From a virus (Duplodnaviria; Heunggongvirae; Uroviricota; Caudoviricetes): DNA of 64,000 nt. Made by a program: the position numbers and the translations under genes. The notes below the pieces were generated by a model. The model was given only the letters and a program-made list of their open reading frames with translations, had not been told where the DNA came from and did no database searches. Location of the stretch: IMG/VR virus record IMGVR_UViG_3300001598_000039, positions 1 through 64,000 of that record. The stretch is one strand, 5' to 3'. Positions 54,301 through 63,476 of the stretch are shown here, one piece after another (position 1 is the stretch's first letter; each line of letters begins with the position of its first letter).

Positions 54301-54580
54301 ATCTACGACTTCGACTGCTGGTAACGGCACAAAGGTCACTATCAGCTTGCCAGTCGGAACGCTCCGCGTCGTAATCGCCTACCCAAGCCGCTTCACAAGC
54401 AACCTTGCATCCGTTACGGACAAGAACGGCATGGGAGCAAACGTCCGCAGCGCGTTCAATGCATCTCCAATCCTCCGCACAGTGAAGGACGCCGGCAACA
54501 GCGATGTTGAGTACAAAGTCTTCTACACAGACTTCGCATCTCCAACGGACAAGGCTAATGAGTACACCGCAACAATCTAA
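51317..54580 (+). CDS. Large tail-fibre-like protein (1087 aa) with the same 25-aa repeats at its N-terminus
   Basis: Track ORF; AAAAGGTAAG RBS. Confidence 0.7.
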   Translation: MSTYTQEQPNIFILNDKNIVHGLNGDTPLGHNPIPSLSLHVESYKTLSGMADGISAVVDSLSSGLSGKIDQLELSANGISGYVDKLELSASGISGIVNSLSAGLSGKIDALELSVKGVSAVVDALSAGLSGKIDAVQLSVAGLSNYTKDLALSATGLSDSISALALSVNGVSGVVDANKAASEQRDVYLSGVISNIISADLYALSGEVSAVSSALDLKIETLSTDLSDTVNKQFVHISGDTIGGSLSVSGTTTISSDLIAKKSLYVGTNVTTTEDVNTIVLGDRTSPAGRDSFVWNGNNGAVYDVTTHGTHGTFNINPEGGLNGLYIGQETLSTTFSKYQLTATMPTDLSDFTNGAGYALSADVPTKVSQVENDAAFLSAEDFDLSSDTTNHKIILVAGDKTYSIDTTDFIKSRMIYKAQITTNLSGEKVLRLWFSASETDFIDIVLTDLVKIYTAGYGISVDNEYRIHVTDVIAKKVDLDAVSGAVDTINNSTVPYLSGVISGTLSDITDLRLYADSLSNTTVIDPGEKYPTYKGTIPTLSSAIAKLRDEIGSGMTLAGHIQLARNTSSPYVPTYNDDTLSGIFRYFNLAEQGKLRSGNVYEVSITGLDYTSTTDLQNSFFMTKDATPIKLAHRDHIIIHSHDGGDIRLEDVANYMEVIPAVRYFEYYRLSGATDALCAAVDYLSGTPSNKVMISTDCTLEALSAEGYPYNTGDILIIKSTILPSIGTNPAKYQHTAYVYDDEVDDFKQMDDNYALDHVYVNNEFTYSGPWTKIGNIDKQSTDIISVATTQCSLTDMFKQIFSKKEAPTKTKTPAETLTVKNGTATLNSYYEAGTTITPALTANISRGCFTPWHVLSSGLDTYRQNPTGLSDFTLQITDTYGQSVTSSYTSADTRTGAQLTGETNNYNMLSTLTPVKLVIDKDYVATAKVTYNTSNFALDNEGETTTLKFDGTTLTKTSGTVIPYYKVFYGTKTSKAQDMSTCDSAYIRGTGMASTTSTAGNGTKVTISLPVGTLRVVIAYPSRFTSNLASVTDKNGMGANVRSAFNASPILRTVKDAGNSDVEYKVFYTDFASPTDKANEYTATI

Positions 54581-54593
54581 GGAACACTAAACT

Positions 54594-56612
54594 ATGGCAT
54601 TCACACCAGACAACCCGATCCCAACAACGCTGAGCTCGATTCCACGCCTCGACTTCGCGGTGGGATTTGCACCACAGACGGCGTTTCCGCTGAACGTGCT
54701 CGGGTACTTTGAACACTACAATGAGGCGCTTTCCGCTGCTGAAATGGCGAAAGACGCTGGATCTAGCGAATCGCGGTACTACATTGGCCAGCAACTGACG
54801 GTGTTTGACCGCACTACTGGCAAAGTGAAGACATACTACATCTCACCAGAGCATACCTTGGTAGAGCTTCCTGATGAGAAGACGATTGGTGACAACTTTG
54901 TCTGGCTCAGCGGCAACAACACCGCCGCCCGCAACCACCTAGTCTGCGGCAACAATGAGCTTAGCGGCAACAACCGCTTCATCTATGGCCAAACGGACAT
55001 CTCAGCCACGCAGGTTTCAGACTACTTCTACTTTGGCACGCCTGAATCCGGCCTAAGCGCGGTTAAGTCGACAGCAACACTCAGCTCCAACATGTTCGAC
55101 TTCACGCTGATGAATGCGGACGTCGCCAATGGCATGGGCGAGCTGAAGTCTAAGAACTACTCTCACGCTGAAGGCGATGCCACTAGTGCGCTTGGTATGT
55201 GCAGCCATGCTGAAGGTTGCTCAACTATCGCCAAGATGCCATACTCTCATGCCGAAGGTTTTGAGACAATGGCAGGTGATCCAACACAAGGATTCTCTGC
55301 AGGCCAAGCGAACCATGCTGAAGGCTACCAAACGAGTGCGTTTGGCGGTTCGGCAAACCACGCTGAAGGCTACAAGACATATGCTGACTCTGCCTATGCT
55401 GCTCACGCAGAAGGAATTGAGACAAGCGCAACTGGCTTGGCATCTCACGCTGCTGGCGTAAGTGCGGCGGTCTCAGCACAGTATGCCTATGGATGGAACG
55501 GCGACACTGGAGTCATTTACAAAGACCACGGCCAAGGCACGTTCAACCTTAACCCAATCGACGGCCTTAAGGGGATCTACATCGGTGACAAGACTCTCAG
55601 CGGAATCATCTCAGCGGAGATCAGCGCGGTCTCATCTCTCCTTGAACTGAGTTCGAACGGCATCAGTTCAGTCGTCAAAGCGCTCTCAACTGGTCTCTCT
55701 ACTGAACTCAGCAACCTTGAGCTGAGCGTCAGCGGCATCAGCTCAATCACCAATTCGCTCAGCACCGGCCTCTCAACCGCGATCGATGCTAAGGTTTGGG
55801 TCCTCGATCCTGAAGCGACATCAACTCCAATGTCAGCTGGAGCAAACACTGACCTCTCTATCATCAAGCTGACCGAGACTGAGTACGGCGCAATTGCATC
55901 TGATCCAACTCTCTCCGCGCAGCTCAATGACGGCAACAAGCTGTACATCATCTCCGCAGACTACATCAATGCCTACGGCGAGTCTATCCGCAACTTGGTG
56001 CTTCCAACTGATGCGACTGAAGACTATGCTGCAACAAAGGGCTATGTTGACACAACCGCAAGCCAGACTTCTGGAGCGCTCGAGCTCAGTGTTGGCGGCC
56101 TTTCAAACTACGTCAACCTGCTGGCACTGAGCGCAAACGGCATCAGCGGAGTTGTCAGTGCATTGGAGCTCAGCACAAATGGCATCAGTGCGGTGGTCAA
56201 GTCACTTAGTTCTGACCTGTCTGACGCAATCAACAGCAAGCTCTGGATCTACGACCCAGCCGCAATTGCATCACCAGTCTCAGCTGGAGCTGCAAGCAAC
56301 CTCTCAGTCATCAAGATTGACAAGGACAGCTACGATGAGATCATTGCTGACTCTACTCTGTCAACTCAGCTGCTCAGTGGCGACCGCCTCTACATTGTGG
56401 AGTCTGAGTACAACGACAGCTACGGCAAGCAGATCAAGAATGTCGGTGCTCCTACTGAAGATGATGATGCGGTGACGCTCTCGTATGTTGACACCAAGTT
56501 GGCGACATTCAAGAGCCTCTACACCCAGCTTACAGGAATCAGCCAAACGTCGCAGCTGTCTGACATTATCGACGCGGTGGTTGCAATCAAGAATGCTCTG
56601 AGCGACTTCTGA
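54594..56612 (+). CDS. Tail-fibre protein with xHAEG repeats and the 25-aa repeats
   Basis: YSHAEGDATSALGMCSHAEGCS...ANHAEGYQT...ANHAEGYKT...AAHAEGIET. Confidence 0.7.
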   Translation: MAFTPDNPIPTTLSSIPRLDFAVGFAPQTAFPLNVLGYFEHYNEALSAAEMAKDAGSSESRYYIGQQLTVFDRTTGKVKTYYISPEHTLVELPDEKTIGDNFVWLSGNNTAARNHLVCGNNELSGNNRFIYGQTDISATQVSDYFYFGTPESGLSAVKSTATLSSNMFDFTLMNADVANGMGELKSKNYSHAEGDATSALGMCSHAEGCSTIAKMPYSHAEGFETMAGDPTQGFSAGQANHAEGYQTSAFGGSANHAEGYKTYADSAYAAHAEGIETSATGLASHAAGVSAAVSAQYAYGWNGDTGVIYKDHGQGTFNLNPIDGLKGIYIGDKTLSGIISAEISAVSSLLELSSNGISSVVKALSTGLSTELSNLELSVSGISSITNSLSTGLSTAIDAKVWVLDPEATSTPMSAGANTDLSIIKLTETEYGAIASDPTLSAQLNDGNKLYIISADYINAYGESIRNLVLPTDATEDYAATKGYVDTTASQTSGALELSVGGLSNYVNLLALSANGISGVVSALELSTNGISAVVKSLSSDLSDAINSKLWIYDPAAIASPVSAGAASNLSVIKIDKDSYDEIIADSTLSTQLLSGDRLYIVESEYNDSYGKQIKNVGAPTEDDDAVTLSYVDTKLATFKSLYTQLTGISQTSQLSDIIDAVVAIKNALSDF

Positions 56613-56668
56613 TAAGCCGCCAACGTACGCAACAATGGCCAAGCTGCAAAGCTTGGCCATTTGTGTCT

Positions 56669-57307
56669 TCAGCGGATGGCTTGCGGTGATGGATCAGCTG
56701 CAACAAACCTGTCGTAGTTGGCATCAAAGAACTCTTTGTAGCCAGTCTTGGCGTCGCCATTTGGCGCGATGTTCTGGTAGTCTCCAAAGATTGTTGTGAT
56801 CGCACCGACTCTTTCGCTGTAGCCATCCAAATGCTGGACATTGGCGACTCGCACGCAGACGATAGTCCTTGTCAAGTATGGCCCAAGGCTAGATTTGAGC
56901 GCCCAAAGCTCGGAGTCTCTGAACCAAAGGTAGTCGTTCATGTCCAAGATGAAGACTAACGTATGCTTAGCTTCAATGAACTTATTGATTGTAGGCTCGA
57001 CCTCCTGCGTGAAGCTGTACAAGTTGTCCTTCTTAAGGTGACAGCGCCGCATGTTCAGCTTGAAGTTCAATGCCTGGATGTCACTCCCGTCCGTGACAAT
57101 AGTCCAATTGTTGGTGTTGCAGTAGAGTGACCTGAACTCACCGGGTGAGTCTAGAAAGAGCTTTACGGGCATCACTCCTGTCATGTAGTTAAGCACGCGG
57201 CTGCCATTGAACGGAGACTTGTAGACTTTGTACGGCTCAAGCCTAGACATGCTTAGGGCGTCATTTGCCCAGCATTCGGAGCCAAGAGGGAATATGAACT
57301 TAGACAT
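56669..57307 (-). CDS. Hypothetical protein (~212 aa) in the glycosyltransferase operon
   Basis: Start moved to MSKFIFPLGS, overlapping the upstream stop. Confidence 0.5.
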   Translation of the reverse strand: MSKFIFPLGSECWANDALSMSRLEPYKVYKSPFNGSRVLNYMTGVMPVKLFLDSPGEFRSLYCNTNNWTIVTDGSDIQALNFKLNMRRCHLKKDNLYSFTQEVEPTINKFIEAKHTLVFILDMNDYLWFRDSELWALKSSLGPYLTRTIVCVRVANVQHLDGYSERVGAITTIFGDYQNIAPNGDAKTGYKEFFDANYDRFVAADPSPQAIR

Positions 57308-58136
57308 GTTGGATCCTCCATAATGGGTTGAGGTGGTCAGCGACCGGGTCTTGGATCTGTGATTTTGGCCCGTGCCTGAAATAGCTAGGAACGAAGACAC
57401 GGTCATAGCTGTCAGGATGCCAAGCGTTTCCAATGAAGCCGGCCCAATAGCTGAATGTACTGTTGCATAGGACTTTGTGCTTGAACATCCCTAGCATCAG
57501 CAAGTCTTCATGTGCAGCTTGGCCTGATATGAAGTGGACTGCATCAAAGTGCTCTCCAAACAGCTTTCCATAGAGCTTGGCGTTCAGGGAATTGTCGTCT
57601 GACAGGACATAGAGGTCAGTCAGCTCATTAGAGTTCGACTGCTGCATCAGCTTAAAGCAGCGAGCAAAGTAGGTGCTTCGGTCAAAGTAGTCAAATGGGC
57701 TGTCTGGATTGATGTAGTCTCCATTGCGGATATGGATTGCTGCGGAATGGTCGAAGTCGAGGTAGATGTTCCTCTCTCTCATTCGCTTCCAAGCTGGAGA
57801 TTGGAGTATGGTCTCTTTGCAGAACTCCTCAACCATGTCCAACGTGAAGTCAAGTCCAAACCGTTGGTGGTAGCAGCTAGTGAAGTCCGTCACATTATGG
57901 CTTATGCTAGATGGCGGCGTAGGCTCGCTCGGATCAGCAATCAGATGATCTAAGCCAAGATCCACTAGAGCTGGCATTTGGTTGAAGTCATCGATCGCCT
58001 TGTTTCGCAGCATCTTCCAACCAGTGGTGTCTCCGCAGCGCTTGTCCGCCGCATAGGTGATCATCAATGGGTACAGCTGGTTAGCAAGACGGCCATAGAT
58101 GTTGTTGCACTCAAAGTATGCTAGCTGTCTCTTCAT
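57300..58136 (-). CDS. GT11-family alpha-1,2-fucosyltransferase-like glycosyltransferase
   Basis: HIRNGDY and NSTFSYWAGF motifs. Confidence 0.65.
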   Translation of the reverse strand: MKRQLAYFECNNIYGRLANQLYPLMITYAADKRCGDTTGWKMLRNKAIDDFNQMPALVDLGLDHLIADPSEPTPPSSISHNVTDFTSCYHQRFGLDFTLDMVEEFCKETILQSPAWKRMRERNIYLDFDHSAAIHIRNGDYINPDSPFDYFDRSTYFARCFKLMQQSNSNELTDLYVLSDDNSLNAKLYGKLFGEHFDAVHFISGQAAHEDLLMLGMFKHKVLCNSTFSYWAGFIGNAWHPDSYDRVFVPSYFRHGPKSQIQDPVADHLNPLWRIQHV

Positions 58137-59032
58137 GTCAAGTAGTCCTTCACCATCGCTTCAACATCGCATGCCATGCCGGTGTCAGCAGTATTGGTTG
58201 CACGATACGCTGGCTTTGCCTCGAAGTCCGCGACAACTAGCGGCAGATGCACAAAGTTCGCTCCAGAATGGATGAACGCCCAGATGATGCAAGACGTAAG
58301 GCGCTCAAGCAAGTAGCCTCCAACTCGACAGTTCATCTGCAACAAGCGGTCTCTTCCATATGTAGCGAGCAACGTCAGCATAGTTGGCTTGATGATGCTC
58401 CACCAGCACTCGAACAGTGACTTCCTCATGGTGAAGATTGTCCCAAAATGGACGGCTCGCTCAGCTAGTGCTTTCGACAAGCCGGCTTGAAGGTTGAGCG
58501 GGACATTCTGCCGCAAGATGCTGATCGCCGTCTTGACTTCGTCTAGAGTTATGCCTACGCCATCCTCTTCAAGCTGGATCCAAAAGTACTCCGCGATGTC
58601 AGATGGATTGTCATTGAAGTGCTTGCTGTTGCGATCTTGGCGGTAATGCTCGATGAATGGGCATGGCGCGAGGCCATCAACTTTGTGGTGTTCCATGAAT
58701 GCCAGCTGCTCGCTTGGACCAAAGACAATGCTTGGGTCAACTAGTTCGGTCTTGACCGGCAAGATCCCATGGTCGACCTTGGTTGTGAAGAACCGGCGGT
58801 AGTGGCAGAAGCCAACGTAGTCTGGGCGCCCAAAGTCATTTAGATGCTCAGCGACGTGCCAGACCGTGTTGAACTCACTTACAGGCAAGCCATACCGCTC
58901 AAATGATCCATCTGCTCGCCCTGCATGGAGAGCGGCGTTGCATTTTGGAGTCGTCCCAATCCTGATGAACGGCAGATGCCAATCGTCTCGTCGCTTGAAG
59001 TCCGTCGCGAAGACTTGGATTGTTGGTGCCAT
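58133..59032 (-). CDS. DUF4422-family putative glycosyltransferase
   Basis: GFCHYRRFF motif; paralog at 60654. Confidence 0.55.
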   Translation of the reverse strand: MAPTIQVFATDFKRRDDWHLPFIRIGTTPKCNAALHAGRADGSFERYGLPVSEFNTVWHVAEHLNDFGRPDYVGFCHYRRFFTTKVDHGILPVKTELVDPSIVFGPSEQLAFMEHHKVDGLAPCPFIEHYRQDRNSKHFNDNPSDIAEYFWIQLEEDGVGITLDEVKTAISILRQNVPLNLQAGLSKALAERAVHFGTIFTMRKSLFECWWSIIKPTMLTLLATYGRDRLLQMNCRVGGYLLERLTSCIIWAFIHSGANFVHLPLVVADFEAKPAYRATNTADTGMACDVEAMVKDYLT

Positions 59033-59033
59033 G

Positions 59034-59864
59034 TCAGCTTCTGCTCCAGATCAGGTCAGACGGGAAACAGCTGCTCTGTAGTTTGACTGCATCATATTTG
59101 GACGCATCTGCTCCAGCAACAAGCGACTTCATCTCTTCCATGGTGAAGATCTGCTTCTGCTGCGTGCCTTGTGTGCGCCCGCAGTCAAGCTCGCTGAACT
59201 GCTTCTTGGCATAGAGGCCTTTGAAGAAGTGCTCACAGTAGTTGCCATACAGCTCGTACTCGCTGATGATGCAGCTAGTCTCATTGTTCCCAGTATAGAC
59301 GGTGCTTTCAAATGTGAAGTCGGCGAACTGCTGCGGAGACATGCCGTACCGCTTCAGCATGTCATCTAAGATGCTCTTCTTGAACAGGCCAAGATCGGCA
59401 ATGTATGACTCTCCGGCTTCGCGCTGTACTTGGCCGCCAGTAAGCTTGCTGATGAAGTTGATGTAGTACTGGTTGTCATCCTTGCCGAGGTATTGGATCG
59501 GACGGCCATCTTCGCCAAACAACTTGAAGTCTCTGATGAACACCAAGTCAGAGTCGCAGATGAAGACGTACTCAGTCTTGGTCTTGTCTTGGAGCAGCTT
59601 TAGAAGCTGCTGGAGCACCCAATTTGGCCTGAACTTCGACTTCCTGAGGTCAACAAATGGAAGGACGTCTAGGTCGTTGAACAAGAAGACCTTATGGCCA
59701 GCGACTTCGCCATCTTTGGCTTCTCCTTTGTTCGGCATGGAGATGTAGAAGTCTCCGATTGCGTTCTGAGTTCCTGGAATGTCAATATACTTCAAGATGG
59801 ACTCAACTACGAGCCCAACCTTGTTCAGGTCTTTGATGGTTGTGGGGATGAATACGTCTGTCAT
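59034..59864 (-). CDS. Hypothetical protein (~277 aa) in the glycosyltransferase operon
   Basis: Start moved to MTDVFIPTT. Confidence 0.5.
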   Translation of the reverse strand: MTDVFIPTTIKDLNKVGLVVESILKYIDIPGTQNAIGDFYISMPNKGEAKDGEVAGHKVFLFNDLDVLPFVDLRKSKFRPNWVLQQLLKLLQDKTKTEYVFICDSDLVFIRDFKLFGEDGRPIQYLGKDDNQYYINFISKLTGGQVQREAGESYIADLGLFKKSILDDMLKRYGMSPQQFADFTFESTVYTGNNETSCIISEYELYGNYCEHFFKGLYAKKQFSELDCGRTQGTQQKQIFTMEEMKSLVAGADASKYDAVKLQSSCFPSDLIWSRS

Positions 59865-59866
59865 GG

Positions 59867-60661
59867 TCAGTCTTTCAGGTAGAGGCACTCCACTTGCTCG
59901 TTGAACATCCATTTGATGTCCGGCTTGGTGATGTCATAGAAGATGTTCATGTTTGGCGAATTTGGCCGGTTTGGGTTCCCGTTGTGCCAGTACCATTGCA
60001 TGTAGCTCGAGCGCAAGATCTGCTCACTTACCGGCAGTACCTTGATTTGGTTGAACCAGACGTTGAGCACATAGGTGTAGACAGTCTGGTCAAGGCGCTC
60101 GATCGCGGTCTCAGTCCCTAAGTACTTAAGGAACGCCATGCTAAGTGCTTCAAAGTCACTGTTCAGTTTGCCTCGACGGACAATCTTGAAGCAGCCTTGG
60201 AATAGCCCTCTGTAAGTAAGGTCGTAGTGAGAGTCCGCCAGCATCTTGAAGAACTTCTCCGCTTGGGCCAGCGGGTAGTTCCGTCCGGCAAGCCATGCAT
60301 TGTACTCTGGCGCGAACAGTGACCTCAGAGGATGAGGCATCAGGCACATGTCGTAGCCGCCGTCATCCATCAGTTTGACCAACTTTGCCAACGGGCGCTT
60401 CACTTCGATGTTGGCGTCGATGTAGATGCAGATGTCTGAAGTCACATACTTGAAGAGGTTGAAGCGGATCGCATAGCAGCGGTCAAAGACACTCATGCCA
60501 AGAAGGCTCTCGTCATAGACTACCTTCCAAGTAGACGACTTCAAGTTTGGGTCATCTGTGACAAGCACATACTCACAATTCGGGTCTTTCTCCTTGACTT
60601 CGTGGACGCACTCGTAACCATTGATGATGTAGCAGAGGATGCTGTACTTTGGCTTAGGCAT
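59867..60661 (-). CDS. DUF616/TOD1-like putative glycosyltransferase (paralog of 39536..40207)
   Basis: YSILCYIINGYE signature. Confidence 0.5.
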   Translation of the reverse strand: MPKPKYSILCYIINGYECVHEVKEKDPNCEYVLVTDDPNLKSSTWKVVYDESLLGMSVFDRCYAIRFNLFKYVTSDICIYIDANIEVKRPLAKLVKLMDDGGYDMCLMPHPLRSLFAPEYNAWLAGRNYPLAQAEKFFKMLADSHYDLTYRGLFQGCFKIVRRGKLNSDFEALSMAFLKYLGTETAIERLDQTVYTYVLNVWFNQIKVLPVSEQILRSSYMQWYWHNGNPNRPNSPNMNIFYDITKPDIKWMFNEQVECLYLKD

Positions 60662-61466
60662 TAGGCTTCTCCCATTTGATGTGCTTGCCGGCGTCGATGG
60701 TCATTAGCGGGAACTTGGTGAATTGCAGTCCGCTTGCTTCAAGACAATGGAAGAAGCATGACGTGTACCGCTCAAAGACGTACGCCAGCCAGTATGGATG
60801 CATCTTCTTCTGGTCAACTCCAGCATGGTCAAGCTCTTCTAGCAACTGTTTGGCTGCCGGGAATGCGATCGAGCCAAACAGCCTGAACAGCTCAGTCTTG
60901 CATGTGAAGATGTTGCATAGGTAGTTGGTGCTCTCTTTGAATGCCTCTTCCATCTTGGTCTTCAGCGTCTGAGGAGTGCACTCCAAGAAGATCTCAAATG
61001 CCCGCTGTGGCCATCCTTTAGGCAAGATGTCCTCTCTAGTCAAGAGCTCAATCTGCTCCCAAATGTAGGTAAATGGTGTCTTTGTCTTGTCTAGGACGTC
61101 GAATGCTGGATGCAGGATGCCATTGGTCTTAGACATCAAGATCGCTTGCAGTTGCTGTTCAGGAGTAAGGATGTAGTCTCGATCAAGCTGCTCAGCTTTG
61201 ATGTTCAACAGCGGTCCATTGACTTGCGCCGAAGTGAAGAAACGGCGGTACTGGCAATAACCAATGTAGTCACAGCCAAAGTCCTGCAAGTTGTACCACA
61301 ACCAGAAGAGCTTTGGTGTCTCATCTGGCCGCACAACTCGGTCAAAGATGAAGTTTTGACACTTGATGGCGCAGTCTGACTCTTGACCTCCAAACCGAAT
61401 GAACGGCAAGTTCCAGTCAACACCATGCCGGTGGTCGCATGCAAAGATCCTGATTGTAGGGTTCAT
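60654..61466 (-). CDS. DUF4422-family putative glycosyltransferase, leaderless (GCGTACAAT ATGCCTG ATG)
   Basis: IGYCQYRRFF motif; start moved from the GTG at 61487. Confidence 0.55.
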   Translation of the reverse strand: MNPTIRIFACDHRHGVDWNLPFIRFGGQESDCAIKCQNFIFDRVVRPDETPKLFWLWYNLQDFGCDYIGYCQYRRFFTSAQVNGPLLNIKAEQLDRDYILTPEQQLQAILMSKTNGILHPAFDVLDKTKTPFTYIWEQIELLTREDILPKGWPQRAFEIFLECTPQTLKTKMEEAFKESTNYLCNIFTCKTELFRLFGSIAFPAAKQLLEELDHAGVDQKKMHPYWLAYVFERYTSCFFHCLEASGLQFTKFPLMTIDAGKHIKWEKPNA

Positions 61467-61487
61467 CAGGCATATTGTACGCGGCAC

Positions 61488-63458
61488 TCAAAGGCTGTCA
61501 ATGCTCTCAACTGCACCTTCAGCATTGACCAACTTCATGAACTCGGCTCCAGTCAAGACCTTGATTCCAAGCTCCTTGGCCTTCCTGTTCTTCGAAGATC
61601 CGGACTCGGTGTCATCGGTCACTAGATAGGTCAGCTTCTTGTTGACTCCACTCTTGACTTCGTATCCAGCAGCCTCAGCCAAATGCTCAGCTTCAGACCG
61701 AGGAACAGAAAGCGACCCGGTGAAGCATACTGAGCCCTTCAGCGCAGGCTTTGCGCCAGACGTGTCTCCGGTGCACTCGGCGGGCTTGTATCTAGGGCTA
61801 TGAATGAACTTATTGAGGTCAGCAACGGCATCTCCAAGGTCATCTAGGAACCTGCTAAGAGCGCTGTCACCTACGCCATTCGGCAGGCCGAGCACTTTGA
61901 TAGATTCATCAAACCACACCGACATGTCTGTTCCAGCTTCGACCTGCTCTAAGATCTTGTCAAGGCCAAAATGGTCAACAATCTTACCAACCGTCGTCTC
62001 AGCAATGCCATGGAAGTTCAGTGAAGCAAAGATGTCCTTCTTCCGGCTAGTGAAGACCTTACTGTCAAGCTCATCGTAGAGGCCAACTTCAGATTTATGC
62101 TTGCTGTCCGGCTTGAAGGCTATCAGGTCATCATAGCTGAAGATCCCAAACCGCTCAAGAGTTGCAACTGAGCAGTTCTTGACATCAAGCCGCTTGATGA
62201 AATGCTCAATCTGCAGCAGTTTCTGGTCTTTGCAGCATTTGTTCTTGCACCGCAAGTTGACACCATCGCGCTCAAGCTTAGTTCCGCAACAGGTGCAGAA
62301 CTCTGGAACGGGGACATCAATGCACTGCGCGCCGCTTTCAACGACTCCAAGAAGCTTCGGTATGACGTCGCCTGATCGGCAGATCGAAACAATGCTTCCA
62401 AGCTTGACGCCTTTCTTAGCCATGAAGTCAAGGTTATGTAGTGTGCACTTGCCAACCATGACTCCACCAATCTCAATCGGGTCTAGGATGCCAACTGGGA
62501 CGTAGTAGCCATCTTTGCTTGGACCCTGGAACTCGACTTCAAGGAGTTTGGTGTCGAACCGCTGCAAGTTTGTCTTGAAGGCGACCTGCGCATCAGGACG
62601 GTAAGTGTCTTCATTGCGGTATGACCCATCAGAGATGACTAGACCATCAGTATCATAGGGGAAGTCTTGCGTCGCGAAGCTGAAGAGCTCATCAACAACA
62701 TCTTCTTTGACCGCAGGCACAAGCTTCTTGTTCTTCTTTCCCTTCTCCACGGAGTATCTGTAGGAGTCGATGTCATAGAAGATGTGCCATGCAGTCTCAA
62801 ACCCATTCTCCTCAAGGAAGGCAAACTGCTCATCCTTAGTGTACTTGTCTCCAAGCACGGTGTAAGCAACAAAAGAGACGTCTTGGATGTCCTTAGGATC
62901 CCAATCTCCTCGGTTGATCAGCCCAGCAACGACGTTTCGAGCAGCCTTCATGTTTCGCTGCTTCTGGATGTCTTTCTTAACTACCAATTCGCCGCGGATG
63001 TAGGTCTCTTCTTCAGCGTTGATCTTCTGCTTGAGGCCGTTGATGTAAGGAGCTTTGTCCGTGATGTCACTTCCAACCATGCCATCGCCACGCGTCGCAA
63101 AAGATACTAAGCTTCCTCCAACATACTTTGCGATGCCAGAGATGCCGTCGATCTTGGCTGAGACATTCACCTTGCCAGTAGTATGCTTCGCTAGGTACTT
63201 GCAAACCTTGTCAGGCTCTTCATACTTTAGCTTGTCGAGGCTGCCCGCAATCCAGCGATGGGTGACCTTCTTAGCAGAGCTGCTTTCGGCTGAGACATCG
63301 TTCAGCGCATCACGGAATGAGTCGTACTCCTCTGCGCTGATGTTTGCCTGAAGCTGCTCTAGAAGAGCATCGAACTCCTGGTCAGACATGGTTGGCGACC
63401 CGGCTCGGTAAGCCGCGTTTGCCGCAATGAGGTCTTCTTTGGCTTTGGTGATGTCCAT
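61488..63458 (-). CDS. ligA: NAD+-dependent DNA ligase (LigA)
   Basis: KxDG adenylation motif (SAKIDGISG), Cys4 zinc finger CTCCGTKLERDGVNLRC, HhH and C-terminal BRCT-like region; leaderless GGTATAGAAT AGACTC ATG. Confidence 0.8.
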   Translation of the reverse strand: MDITKAKEDLIAANAAYRAGSPTMSDQEFDALLEQLQANISAEEYDSFRDALNDVSAESSSAKKVTHRWIAGSLDKLKYEEPDKVCKYLAKHTTGKVNVSAKIDGISGIAKYVGGSLVSFATRGDGMVGSDITDKAPYINGLKQKINAEEETYIRGELVVKKDIQKQRNMKAARNVVAGLINRGDWDPKDIQDVSFVAYTVLGDKYTKDEQFAFLEENGFETAWHIFYDIDSYRYSVEKGKKNKKLVPAVKEDVVDELFSFATQDFPYDTDGLVISDGSYRNEDTYRPDAQVAFKTNLQRFDTKLLEVEFQGPSKDGYYVPVGILDPIEIGGVMVGKCTLHNLDFMAKKGVKLGSIVSICRSGDVIPKLLGVVESGAQCIDVPVPEFCTCCGTKLERDGVNLRCKNKCCKDQKLLQIEHFIKRLDVKNCSVATLERFGIFSYDDLIAFKPDSKHKSEVGLYDELDSKVFTSRKKDIFASLNFHGIAETTVGKIVDHFGLDKILEQVEAGTDMSVWFDESIKVLGLPNGVGDSALSRFLDDLGDAVADLNKFIHSPRYKPAECTGDTSGAKPALKGSVCFTGSLSVPRSEAEHLAEAAGYEVKSGVNKKLTYLVTDDTESGSSKNRKAKELGIKVLTGAEFMKLVNAEGAVESIDSL

Positions 63459-63476
63459 GAGTCTATTCTATACCAG

